Shown here: positions 1 through 11,877 of the stretch, piece by piece
How positions within the stretch are numbered: position 1 is the stretch's first letter
Layout of the letters: every line of letters starts with the position of its first letter
DNA from: Eledone cirrhosa
Taxonomy: Eukaryota
Assembly: GCA_964016885.1 (NCBI GenBank)
Contig: OZ024743.1
Location: 154,008,001 to 154,072,000 of the forward strand
Direction: 5' to 3'
DNA: 64,000 nucleotides
The notes under the pieces: model-generated
What the model saw: only the letters and a program-made list of their open reading frames with translations
Databases searched by the model: none
Told to the model about the DNA's origin: nothing
Position numbers and translations under genes: made by a program

Positions 1-737
1 CATGGGAAACTGTGTCGGGATTTTGCTATACTAGTTTCTTGCCTAGATCGATGCCACAGCAGTGATCGCCAATAAAAAAGTAGTGAAATACTAAACACGA
101 CTTGAAAAGAAAAAAATCTGATCGAGGTTTATGTTGGTTTTAGTTATATGGAGCGTTGAGTCAGTTTATATATCTTGAAAAAATAACAACAAAAAAACAA
201 AGTTCATTCCGTAGCAAGTTGTGAATGTATAACTAGAGTGAAGTATAGCCATTGGGGTAAGTATGTGCAACTGCAAGAAGCATGTCTGTAATGCTATGTC
301 GTTTTGAGTTGTACACCTGAGTTAGGTGGTTAAGAGGCAATAGTTTTGCGGTAACTTCAAGTAGTCGATTAAGGAAATCTTACAATATCCCTACATGAAT
401 CAAGTTTGTGTGTGTGCGTGTGCATGCAAACATTTTATACAGATGTGTCAAAAATGCAAAACATGAAGTAACATTTTGTAACATAAATAGTTCAGTTAAC
501 ATCCATATACAATTTTTTTCAGAAAGTGAAAAAAAAAAAGGAAGAAATAATTGTTCTAAACAATTAAGAGTTCGGTGTTTTCTTTGTATGTGAGTGCTTT
601 TTCTATGTTGTTGCCGCCATGTGTCGAACTTAGATACTGTTGATCTGCTATAGTTGTTTTTTTTTTTCTGTAGTTCTAATAAAGTCTGTTGTTGAAAATG
701 TTCGCCGTTATTGATGCCACCAATTCTGTCATTGTTG

Positions 738-808
738 TTGGTGCCACAGACATTGTTGTTGCCACAGATGTTGTTGTTGCCACAGATGTTGTTGCTGCCA
801 CTGTTGTT
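738..808. repeat. 18-bp tandem repeat (GCCACAGATGTTGTTGTT-like), about 3-4 units
   Basis: Units directly visible; they produce the NNICG repeats of ORF 380-889. Confidence 0.75.
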
Positions 809-891
809 CTTTTGTAAGGACGGATCATCAACTTGGCGGCGGTAGATATGAGAATTGGTTTCGTGTTGTTGCCTGGTTAGATCATTCATTT

Positions 892-924
<33 letters not shown>

Positions 925-1604
925 ATTACATGTGAAGTTGATGAATGGGGAGCTTGTTGGTCGAATAATGGCACATAAGTAAGTGGAGTTGGTCTCAGTG
1001 AGTCGCGAGAAGCTATGCCATATTTTGTGGTGTGCAGTGACATGACCATGGGGAATATACTTTTCCAATATCACATGGATAAACATAAACAAATGAACAA
1101 GACACCGTCAATGTTAATGTTCTTATTTGTAACATGATTTACTTCGACATCATGTGCAGGAATAAACAACGGAAAAAGATATATGTATAGTTGTAGTGTA
1201 TCACGTGTGTAAAGGTAGTAATAGTTCACAGACTGATTTTTCCAAAGGAACACTAAATTATTTATTGATTTCCCTGCGTAGTAGAGGCACCGTTAGCCCT
1301 TCAACTAGAGAATGTTATCAAAGTTAGGGGTTTTGAGGATGTAGGTCAGTATTAAGAGAGTTGTGTGTGGCAGGTTAAGAAAAACCACCAGGGAAAAATG
1401 TGTCGAGATTTCGCTACATGGTGATACATGGTTGTTTCAAGGTCTATCTCTTAGGCCATATATTGTGTGAGTTTCTTAGCAATAGTTAATTGTATTTTCA
1501 TTCTGAAAGAATTGTGAAAATGTGTAATGTTAATTCTGCTGGACACACGAGCAGAAAGACGTGTATTTTATTTTTCCTGCCGGCAGCATATCACAAAATC
1601 GAAT

Positions 1605-1691
1605 TTCATCTGAGGATACCGTTCTCATAACAACAAATGCATGAATTACAGCTTGATTGCATGGGAGAACCGTTGAAACAATTATAATGAA
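1605..1691 (+). ncRNA. Type I hammerhead ribozyme motif, long stem II, slightly decayed
   Basis: ttcat-CTGAGGA-t-accgttctc...gagaaccgt-t-GAAAC-AATT-ATA-atgaa. Stem I ttcat/atgaa, stem II gttctc/gagaac; stem III has one mismatch. Confidence 0.6.
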
Positions 1692-1768
1692 TAAACAATT
1701 TTTGTAACGTCAGCATCTTTATTAATGTTATAATATATATATATAATAACATTAATAAAGATGCTAAA

Positions 1769-1958
1769 GGGTGGTGAATTGGCAGTATCGGTAGAGGGTT
1801 GGACGCCATGCTTTATAGCATTGTTACGTCCCTTTACATTCTGAGTTCAAATCCCGCCGAGGTTAACTTTGCCTTTCATCCTTACGGGGTCGATAAAATA
1901 AAGTACCAGTAATGTACTGGGTAATTGCTGGCCTTGTGGCTAAAGTAGAAACAATTAT
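1769..1958 (+). mobile_element. tRNA-derived SINE, family A
   Basis: A box TGGCAGTATCGG, B box GAGTTCAAATCCC, central GCCTTTCATCCTTACGGGGTCGATAAAATAAAGTACCAG (Meta-domain-like), A/T-rich tail; about 10 copies in window. Confidence 0.9.
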
Positions 1959-2061
1959 ATATATATATATATATAGTAAACAGAAATAACAAAAATAACA
2001 TAAAAAACGGCACAGTACAAGGGAGCGATATATTAATTTAACACTTGAAATTGTAAGAAGA

Positions 2062-2100
2062 GGGTCTTAATGTTTCTGACGCTAGTCCTTCATCAGAAAA
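2062..2100 (-). ncRNA. Partial hammerhead motif in a PLE terminal fragment
   Basis: Minus strand CTGATGA-ag-gac-tagc-gtc-a-GAAAC; stem I lost at the (TA)n boundary. Confidence 0.45.
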
Positions 2101-2101
2101 A

Positions 2102-2134
<33 letters not shown>

Positions 2135-2138
<4 letters not shown>

Positions 2139-2368
2139 TGTTATGCTTTGGGAGGGTCATGTTGCCAATAAGAAACACACGCACCAGTGCTTTCATTCCA
2201 GTTTATTATAAGTTAAATTTATAAATTTACAAATTTAACTTATAATAAATTGGAGTGAAACAACTGGTGCGTGTGTTTCTTATTAGCAACATGACCCTCC
2301 TAAAGCATAACAATATCGGTTTCAACACACGTTTTCAAATAAAGAATCCTGCTAAACAATTTCAGAAA

Positions 2369-2371
<3 letters not shown>
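2135..2371. repeat. Foldback repeat with ~90-bp inverted arms; related copies at 61043-61306 and 10180-10262
   Basis: atattgttatgctttgggagggtcatgttgccaataagaaacacacgcaccagt is reverse-complemented at about 2263-2316. Confidence 0.8.
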
Positions 2372-2411
<40 letters not shown>

Positions 2412-2837
2412 ATAGTTGTAGTCGGTGTGGTAATTATTTTTAAATTAGTGTTCTCGGTGTTGTTGTCATGGTTCACGTTGTTTGTGGTGGAGTTTGATGT
2501 ATCAATTTCACTAACCCTCCTCTCAACCTTTACGCCGTTGTCACACGACACCAGACATGTTGCTGGGGGGCCTGGCTCAGCAATGCCTTTTTAATTTTTT
2601 TTTATATTCAAAAGTAAAATGTTCAAATATTGTTCAAAAATTTCGGCCAAAATGACCAAACATTATACTTCCCCTTCACAGGGCAAAGTCCTAGGACTTA
2701 TGTCTTACACAACAAGAAAAAATTAATAACAAATAACTATTACAGGTACATACAGCGACTTACTGGGAGCGAGCAAAAAGGACGTCCGAGCAGATCAATA
2801 ATAATAATAATAATAATGCTTTCTTTATGATAATAAT

Positions 2838-3024
2838 AATAATTGTTTCTACTTTTGGCACAAGGCCAGCAATTATCCAGTGCATTACTGGTACTTTAAT
2901 TTATCGACCCCGTAAGGATGAAAGGCAAAGTTAAACTCGGCGGGATTTGAAATCAGAATGGCAAGGGCCGTAACTCTATGCGTCAAAGCATGGCGCCCGA
3001 CCCTCTACCGGTACTGCCAATCCA
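2838..3024 (-). mobile_element. tRNA-derived SINE, family A
   Basis: Reverse complement of the 1769-1958 family. Confidence 0.9.
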
Positions 3025-3054
3025 ATAATAATGATAGTAATAATAATAATTAAA

Positions 3055-4152
3055 ATCACATGATTGTATGATCAAACTCGTTTTGAAACACGGAAGCATC
3101 AAAAGATCATACTCCATTACAAAAGATGCACAAAGATACAGTAATGGATAACACATTTCAGAAGTCCCATTTACTGTTGAAATGGAAAACACAGAAAAAG
3201 CAAAGCAGGTAAAAGTAACTGCAAAGAAAGAACTCCTACAGACACTGGCTAAGAAATGGCAAGAAAAGCCTCTGTAGGGAAAATACCCAGAGAAGAGCTA
3301 ACAATCCTGATGTTGACAAAACTTTAACCCATCAGTGGTTGGCATCCTCTGGACTGAAATCGGAGACTGAAGGACTGATTATATCAGCACAAGATCAGTG
3401 TCTGCCAACAAAAATTTACCAGGCCAACATAATAAAAAGTGGATGCAACCCATTATGCCGTGTATGTAAAAAACAACCAGAGACTATTCATCATACAATT
3501 TCAATGTGCAGTCCGAATACCTAACAGGCATGACCGAGCTGCAAAATACATACATTGGATAATGTGTAAGCATTTTGACTTGCCACATCAACAGAATTGG
3601 TGGGAGCATCAACCACCTCCCATACTTGAAAAAGACCACATCTCAATCTTGTGGAACTTAAGCATCCAAACAGACCGAAAAATAGATGCAAATAGACCTG
3701 ATATAATACCGAAGGACTTAAAAAAGGGGGTTTGCCTGCTAATTGATATTTCCGTTCCAATAGACAAGAATGTATCTATAAAAACATTTGAAAAATTGAG
3801 CACGTATAAGGACCTGGATATAGAAATTGGAAAAATGTGGAAATTGAGAACTAAAACAATACCAGTGGTTGTAGGCGCTCTAGGAATGATACCTAAAGGG
3901 TCTAATGATTACTTATCGCAAATCCCAAGAAACCCGCGTATAGGAGAAATACAAAAGATAGTGCTAATGGGAACTGCCCATATACTAAAGAAGATTCTGT
4001 CAATATAAGTACATCACAAGTCTAAACACTTAAAGATGCATGTGTGTGTATGTATGTTCTTTCTTGAACATGGTGGACCTTGTTGTCTCTTGAGGTCACT
4101 GGTTGTGACTTGGTGATAACTCGTATGAACATAAAGCAAGATAAATGCAACT

Positions 4153-4190
<38 letters not shown>
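3055..4190 (+). mobile_element. 5'-truncated Dong/R4-clade non-LTR retrotransposon (CCHC finger, RLE endonuclease, 3' UTR, (TAA)n tail), frameshifted
   Basis: WLASSGLKSETEGLIISAQDQ, CRVC..ETIHH.ISMC, RHD, IQTDRKIDANRPDII, IDISVP, KYxDL-like, IPVVVGALG; lies between (TAA)n tracts. Confidence 0.9.
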
Positions 4191-4195
<5 letters not shown>

Positions 4196-4655
4196 CTGGA
4201 CGAAAGAATTGAATAGAACTGTTATGCAATGTTACCTGAAGAGTAACCCCAAGGAAAAAGGCTATAGGAAACGGATGCATAACATCTGGAACGAGATTGG
4301 TCTATTTAAATTAGATCAACAAAAATTGGCCTGGCAGGGTCGGGTAATAAGAATCAATGTGTGGATAAGCGGGCTGGGACTGGAGGAACTGAGTAGAGAG
4401 ATTAGGTTGGAAATGGAGAGTGGAGTATGCCAGGAAAACGAGCCAGTGGGAAATGAAGGTGAAGAGTTTGAGAGAACGGAGGAAGCATCCCAAGCAGACA
4501 ATGATCTGAATGCTGAAATAAATAATACCTGGAACAAAGATACGGCCATTGAGGAAATGAATGCTGACGGGCTAGAACAAGATTTGGTTGATATCCTAAA
4601 CTTAGTCGTAGATGAAATGAACAATGATATTGGGAAACCTATGAACCTAAGATTT
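4191..4655 (+). mobile_element. N-terminal ORF fragment of a second Dong/R4-like element
   Basis: WTKELNRTVMQCYLKSNPKEKGYRKRMHNIWNE..QQKLAWQGRVI..LEEL matches the conserved R4/Dong N-terminal region. Confidence 0.75.
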
Positions 4656-4669
4656 GTATGTTACGCAAA

Positions 4670-5095
4670 TTGGAGTGTAGCTTATTCATTTGAAAGGACT
4701 CGGCTGCTCTTTATAGCTGTCGATCACCCTATTCACGCCACTGGGATGACGCTAGCATGTTGTTAGTAGTTTTGAATTGTAACACGTGTGATGGGTCACT
4801 TGCAGATTTACATTTGATGTGTAAACACATATAGTTAAATATTCTCCCTTGCTGAAAATCCGTATTAAACTACTGTGACTTTACGGATTAATGTTGAAAT
4901 ATATTTCTTTAATGAAATATATACAAGGAAGATTAATCATTTTTTAAAAGGTAATATTTGAAGCTCTAATTAAACTTTAATCAGTTACCTACCTAGCTGT
5001 GTGTGATTACACACTTTACAAATTATCCCCTGTGATTGTTTCATGTGTTTATTTTAAATTCATATATATATGTCAATCAATTTCTAGTTGATATA
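4670..5095 (+). repeat. Dispersed non-coding repeat family B (also at 20117-21095)
   Basis: Collinear similarity with 20680-21095, e.g. gaaatatatacaaggaagattaatcatttt and gttacctacctagct. Confidence 0.8.
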
Positions 5096-5299
5096 TATAT
5101 ATATATATATACATATGTGTATGTTCGTGTACACATGCGTGTATACACATACTCACTGGACATATCATAGAACGCTGTTGCTGCTTCCGCCCTCGTCTCT
5201 TTATATATGAAATATATATGGTCGTTTTCTAAGATCTGACTACATGGTGGGATACTTAGGCATACATATATTTAGCAGAGGGGTGACATGTAATAATCC

Positions 5300-7020
5300 A
5301 ATGCTATAAAAATTGTTTTTAATTTTATATGCCCTTAAATACAAATTAGTATGATATTATCATGCCAATTCTTTTTGATATATTAGATAGATACTTCTTC
5401 CTCACCAAATCATGAAAAAATAGATAGAATATGGGTTATAGATAAAAAATAAATATATATTATGATATAAAGGTCAAAGTACACGCACCCATTTGTAATC
5501 GCATACATATATATAGAATCATATCAATAAAAAACCTCATTTAATGGACCTTCTACTATATACAAGATGGAGATGTATTAACTAATTAATATATTTAAAG
5601 AAGAGAGCTCTCTTAGCAGTCTAGAGATATATGACTGATGAAGAATCTACCGTTGTTTCTTCAGTCCGCATTATCAGATCGCTTTCTGATCCACATCGCT
5701 ATTATTTGCTTGACTATTCTTATATACTTTAGCAATATATGTTCTCAGATGCAGTGATATAAGTATGCTTGCAATATTAAAAAAAATCTAATTGTAGATC
5801 ACCAAAATCGTATGAATTATCACAGATGCTTATTTGGATATGTATTTGGCTACAAAGGGGATTGTGGGGTCACAACATTGTCAAGTGAGTGTCCTTCACA
5901 AATGGAATGACAGGATAATGATTTAAAGGTGTACTATCATGTCCCCGAAACTCGTGGGTCTCATGCTATCTTTACTCGCTCTTTTCTACTCCTTTCATGA
6001 ACCATATTGTTTCCAATTTTCCACCTTCTAAATTAACCTGTTGCCATAATTCCCTCACGCGTTGTGGAATTCTTAAACTACGTCGTTTCTGCAGATGTTG
6101 ACATGTAAACTCTTAATCGAAATGTTGAGATGGCCTTAATGTCAGCGGGTTTTAGGATCATGTGAAGGACATGGGAACTACATTTATCTCCATACCTATA
6201 TCTGTTTGATGAAAGAAGTCCTACGCCCAATATTCCTGCACATTTAGTTCAGAATAGTGTAGGAAGTTAAATTTCGGGAAGAAGGGTCTATTTAAGGAAT
6301 TTATCATATCTAGTAAAATGCATTCTTTGCTTTCGTGTATATTTGTATCAATTGCTATATTTCGAAAGTGTACGCGTGTTTTGGCCTTTGGTTCGTACTA
6401 ATTGATTTGGATTCCACCTTTTTAAGAGATTCGGGGAGATTTATAGCATTAGTCTGTTTACTTCATATGGCTGCACAATGTTATCGATTGGAATGCCATT
6501 CCAATGAATTGCTCAATATATAGTTTCTAACGTCTCAATTTCTTTACTCGATCCTTCTGCCATAAAGCTTGTGGTCCACACCAAATCAACGCCAATTATA
6601 AGGGTATACAATATATCTTTTACTTTCCCGAAACTTCCACGAAGAGTAGTGATGGGATAGAAGAAGTATTGAACATCATGCATAAAAAGATATGTGAAAA
6701 TATGACACTCTTCCAATGAAAAGTTCAAATATTTTATGTGTAAGCATGAGAGTTGGAACAAAAACTTCGAAGAAAATACGGTCTCTGGATCATTTACATA
6801 GGATTGGTATTTTCTAGGATTTTCTATTTGATGGAAACATGTCATGCTGCCCTCTTTAAAGTTCCAATATGTTTGTGAGTTTATCTGGATATCTGAATGT
6901 CATCTCATGATTTAGTATGTGGATTTTAAGTCAGTTTTCCGATATTAGTCATGGTTTTCGTTGGATAAATGAGACCACAGCTTCGTATATCACGGATATC
7001 GCATTATATGCTTGGACATT
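5300..7020 (-). pseudogene. Decayed coding-like segment; candidate endogenous negative-strand RNA virus L (RdRp) fragment
   Basis: Stop- and frameshift-interrupted minus-strand reading gives, in order: [67 protein letters not shown]. Motif assignment by eye only. Confidence 0.45.
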
Positions 7021-7088
<68 letters not shown>

Positions 7089-7200
7089 GTATACATATAT
7101 ATATATATATATATATGTATATTCATATATATATATATATATGTGTGTATGTACATTCATATGTATATATATGTGTGTATGTACATTCGTATGTATATGT

Positions 7201-7286
<86 letters not shown>

Positions 7287-7291
7287 TCATA

Positions 7292-7324
<33 letters not shown>

Positions 7325-7332
7325 TCATATAT
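7021..7332. repeat. (TA)n/(TG)n microsatellite; representative of many similar tracts, e.g. 15776-16011, 22068-22420, 55503-55780
   Basis: Directly visible; source of the spurious YIYI ORFs. Confidence 0.98.
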
Positions 7333-9075
7333 CCGGTTCCCAACCCTCGTCCAGACCTCGCTGCCACACCTGCCCCCGCATCACCAACACCACCACCTTC
7401 CAGGGTCCCAACGGCCAGTTTCTCTCTGTCCGGCATGCCTTCCGCTGCACCTCATACAACCTCGTCTATAGACTTCGCAACCTACGTCAGACAGACCTGT
7501 CGTCGCCTGGTGGATCGATTCACGGAGCACCTCCGAGATATTCGTCTCAGCGTGAGTTCCCCCATCGCCCGCCAGTTTGGTTCCCATGGACATTCCGCCC
7601 ACAACCTCACCTCTGTGGCCTGATCCAATGCCATGGGACCCCCACCACCCGCCTCAAGATCTAGCGACACACCATCTTCACCCTACAGTCTCACACAGCC
7701 CCTCGGCCTGAACTCCCCAACCTTCTTCCTTTAGCCTTCAATCGTCCCCCCTCTCACCCTCCCAAACACCCCCTACTAACACCACTAAAACACTCCCTAG
7801 TTTCACCGTCCCCTCCACTGCCAGCCCTCTCCCACCCCCATGGCATCCCCACAACTAATAATACTTACAACTCCACCCACTATCTCACCCACAACTAATA
7901 ATACAAACACCCCCCCCCCCTCTCACACGCGCACCGACACCCCCAACACGCACACACCCACCAGTACATATATACACGCACTCACACCATTCAATCACCC
8001 TACTATCACCACTAACCCCCACATACACATCCACATCTGACCACCCCAACACTAATAATACTAACATCCCCCCCCCTTTCCCCCTCACCATACCCCCCAT
8101 CACACATACACTCACCCACACACCCCCGTACACATCGATACACCACCTACTCCACACTCACACGACCACCACTAACCCACACTCACACACCCGCATTCAA
8201 CCCCTCCCCCCACCACTAGTCATACTAACACACACTCCACCACACACACACACACACACACTCATATCCAAACATGCACATACACATACACCAGTACATT
8301 ACACTCCCTCCGACTGTCCCCAATATCTTCTCTCTCCCTCTCTCGCTCCCCGCACTAACAACTCCCCACACACACGTCCCACTAACACCTCCACTAATAT
8401 AACCCCCCCCCCTCTACATACACTCCCTCCCCCCACCCATACCCACCCACACACATTTCACTCCACATACTGACCATCTCTACACCTGTCACTACTCTGC
8501 CTGCTGTCATCTTCCTACTGCTATCTCCTCCATCCTTCGCCCTGCCTTGACCCTCTAACCACATCCTGTTGCGCGCGCACCCCATAACTCTCCACTTCCT
8601 CTCATACCAGGATTTTACACCACCGGTCCAACGTTCCAGCCATCGTCTCTGCTACATTCGGAATCTGCAACATCCAGTCCAACAGTCCGTAGAAAAACAC
8701 ACAGGAGCACACAAATACTTACACTATGTTCGCACCACGCAACCATACATCCACTCCACACAAAAGCACACACACACACACACATGTGCGTATCCACACA
8801 TACACACACTCAGCCTCGAGACTCCACACGCCCCCTCTCCCCCATCCCCTGACCCCTCTCCATCCACACGCACACACACACCTACTTTCACCACACCCCA
8901 TGTACACACCTGTTTCCCTATTACCCGAACATGGAGCCACGTTTTTCCCCCAACTCTCACATTCACATCCACACACACGTACACCCACACACATACACAC
9001 ACACAACCCTCAGCCCTCCCCCACTCGGACCCTCCGTCTCCCTCTCCCGTGTCCCCCCTACCCCCCTAGACACAC
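7333..9075 (+). mobile_element. Decayed PLE GIY-YIG endonuclease fragment (Neptune-like) followed by a CA-rich 3' region
   Basis: [63 protein letters not shown] across frameshifts (7333-7715). Confidence 0.8.
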
Positions 9076-9079
9076 ACAA

Positions 9080-10165
9080 ATCATGGAATAGCTTAGATAG
9101 GACTTGACATAAGATAGGGAAAGCCACCTCATGGTACGAGAACCAGAGATACCACAGTGTCATGTTTGTGGACGCTACCCCTGGAGGGAAATTAGCTAAC
9201 CAGTGTAGAAAGGCCCTGAGAAAGACCCACTTAAAGATTAAGGTGGTAGAAAAGTCATCACCACCATGAAATCCCTGATCAGCAAAACCTACCCTTTTAA
9301 GAAAACCCACTGTACTAATAGGAAATGTATCATATGTAGAGTAAAACCCCGGATAAACTGTAAAACTAGAAACGTAGTCTATAGCATAAGATGTACAGAG
9401 GGTATTTGCAGAAACATGAAGACAACAACATACATAGACGAGACAGCTCGTAGCATAGCTGAAAGGATAGACCAACACTGGAGAGAAGTAAAAGGACGAA
9501 AACACGTTTCAGTACTATACGAACATGCCAGACAACAACACAACGGTAACATAGACAACATAGAAGTTAGAATAATATCTAAACATAGAAATGACCCAGC
9601 TGATAGGCAAATCAGAGAGGCCAGCGAAATAGAACTTAGAAGGCCAAGGCTAAACAGAAAAAATGAATGGAATAACAACAGCACCCAAACAAAAAATACT
9701 GACTTAAGAGAAGTATAAATAGATAGATAGATAAATAAATAAAAAGATAAATACATACACAAGCACTATAACACCAAACACATATGAACACACACTAGCA
9801 AACTAAGATAGAATACATTAACCAATACAAAGTCAGCCAAACAAGAACACACATCAAACAAAACACTATACGCAAACGCATGCGCAGAGAAGACAACACA
9901 ATAAACAAATAAATAAATAAACAGACTAAATAAAGATGGCGTAAACATACAGTGCAACGGGAGGAAACATAATAGCAACACTGACGATGTTGCAGATGTG
10001 CAACGAAAGAACTTTGCTAGGCTATATATATATGTATTTGTGTCTATATTGTATCTGTATTTTTGACCGTTGGTCAGTCAATGGCAACATTGAGGACCGA
10101 ATAAATTAAATTAACCGATATAAAAGACACAGAAGCGAAAACCAACCAAACAGTGAGTATGTTCT
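9080..10165 (+). mobile_element. 5'-truncated PLE (Nematis-like linker and GIY-YIG) with a terminal HHR-like motif
   Basis: VMFVDATPGGKLA..KVVEK, then frameshift, then YPF..CTNRKCIIC..CKTRNVVYSIRC..YIDETARSIAERIDQH..H...H..RQIREA..LNRKNEWN. Confidence 0.85.
9973..10020 (+). ncRNA. Minimal hammerhead-like motif in PLE pLTR
   Basis: CTGACGA-t-gttgca-gatg-tgcaac-GAAA; stem I tagcaa/ttgcta imperfectly placed. Confidence 0.55.
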
Positions 10166-10418
10166 GTTATGAATTCTGGCAATATTACACAAATATGACA
10201 CTCGCCAAGTATAAAGATATTTGTTTCGACACACGATTTCATATAAAAAACCTCGCAAAACTATATATATATATATATATATATATATGGAAAGTTATAT
10301 TTAAAATTGTTGGGTTACAACTAGTAAATATTTATAACTGATATAAAAGCACTCGACAAATATTTGGAGTATATTTACAATATTAAATAAATGGAAACTA
10401 TATTTATAAAACCATATT

Positions 10419-10484
10419 TATTTCATTATATATATTTCGGGGATATCATATTAACAATATGCTATGCCTTCCTCAGACAAAATA
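10419..10484 (-). ncRNA. Hammerhead ribozyme in the 3' pLTR, same sense as the ORF
   Basis: tattttgt-CTGAGGA-agg..catatt-gtt-aatatg..ccc-GAAA-TATATATA-atgaaata; palindromic stem III loop, AUA triplet. Confidence 0.75.
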
Positions 10485-11877
10485 CAATATAAACAGTTTT
10501 ATAGATAAATAGATTCGACATACCGTTATAATACCGACTTGCATTTGAAGAGGTTAAGCTGGCAGTGAAACATTTTTATACAGAGAGAAAGAAAGAGAGA
10601 AAAAAGAAAGAAAGACAGAAAACGAAGAAAAGGAAGAAAAAGAAGAAATGCATGGAACAAAATATAGAGATGGAAAGATAGATAAAGAGAAGAACTTCAT
10701 GTAAAGAAACAGAAAGAGATATATATATATATAGAGAGAGAGGAAATAGAGATAGATACATATATATATAGAAAATTAGGTAGTGGGAGGTCATTTTGAG
10801 TAAATGTATCAATGATACATTTATTTATTTATTTATTTATTTAGCTCTAGTATTAATGTAAGGGAGATATATATAGAGAGAAAAAAATATAGAGAGAGAA
10901 AAAATAGCGAGAGAAAAAATTTAAAAATAGCCAGTTATCTTCGAGGCGTAAAAACCCTATGTCTTAATGTATTAGAATTCATAAAACTTCCACTATATTG
11001 CAAATATCAGTATTCCTGAATGAGACAAGTATCCATAGTGTGTGAAAATTAATTATCTTATGTTTAGTTTTTTAAAAAATTCATATGTTTATGTTATAGC
11101 TACAAACATCCATGCGAATCCACATTATCAACTCTGCAAACTCTAAGTTCACGGAAAACATTCTCAATGTGGTATAACAATTTGAGTATACATATATGTG
11201 TATTATTATTCCTGTCTTTACTCTACAAGATTATCTATCAAGCAGAAATAGAGAGCAGATTTCAATATACTAATAAAAATATATATCAGAAACAAAACTA
11301 AAAATAAAAAGATAACAATAATAATAATAAGTAATAATAAAATAGAAAACTAAAAAAATATTACGAAAGAATATTACATATTAAAAATATTACATACTAA
11401 AAAATATTACGTATTAAAAAATATTACGTATTAAAAAATTTACATATTAAAGATATTAAAAATAAAAATAAAAAATATAAAATATTATAAAATACTACAA
11501 TAATAAAAAATAAAAATAAACCACAAAGATCAACCCTTCAAAATTAATTGACAATATATTGCCAAGTTCATTATAAGACAAAGCCAAAAAATTATCTATC
11601 AAATCACATCTAGCAAAGATCATTTCAAAAAGTTTATGATGTCCAATTTGGTCTACATGTGTTCTTATATTTAATATAGAAGTTTATCTAGTGTAAGGTT
11701 TATTCAAAATATTTGGAGCATCAGCTTTTAGGGTAGCTTAATTTTTCATGAGGAATGTTTAAATAAAAATAAAATAAAATAAACAATAAAAAAAGAATAA
11801 AAAGAAGCAATCAAAAATTTAGGAATCAAACATTTATCGGCTAGTTTTCCATATAAATATAAATCAAACTAAATATA

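Noticed and set aside
380-889. 169-aa Asn/Gln-rich ORF
   Set aside because: Low complexity from an 18-bp tandem repeat; no recognisable domain.
1769-1860. tRNA gene
   Set aside because: The A and B boxes belong to a SINE head; no cloverleaf.
6917-7664. Long ORFs rich in YI, HT, CV or ER repeats, here and throughout the window
   Set aside because: Translations of (TA)n, (CA)n and (GA)n microsatellites.
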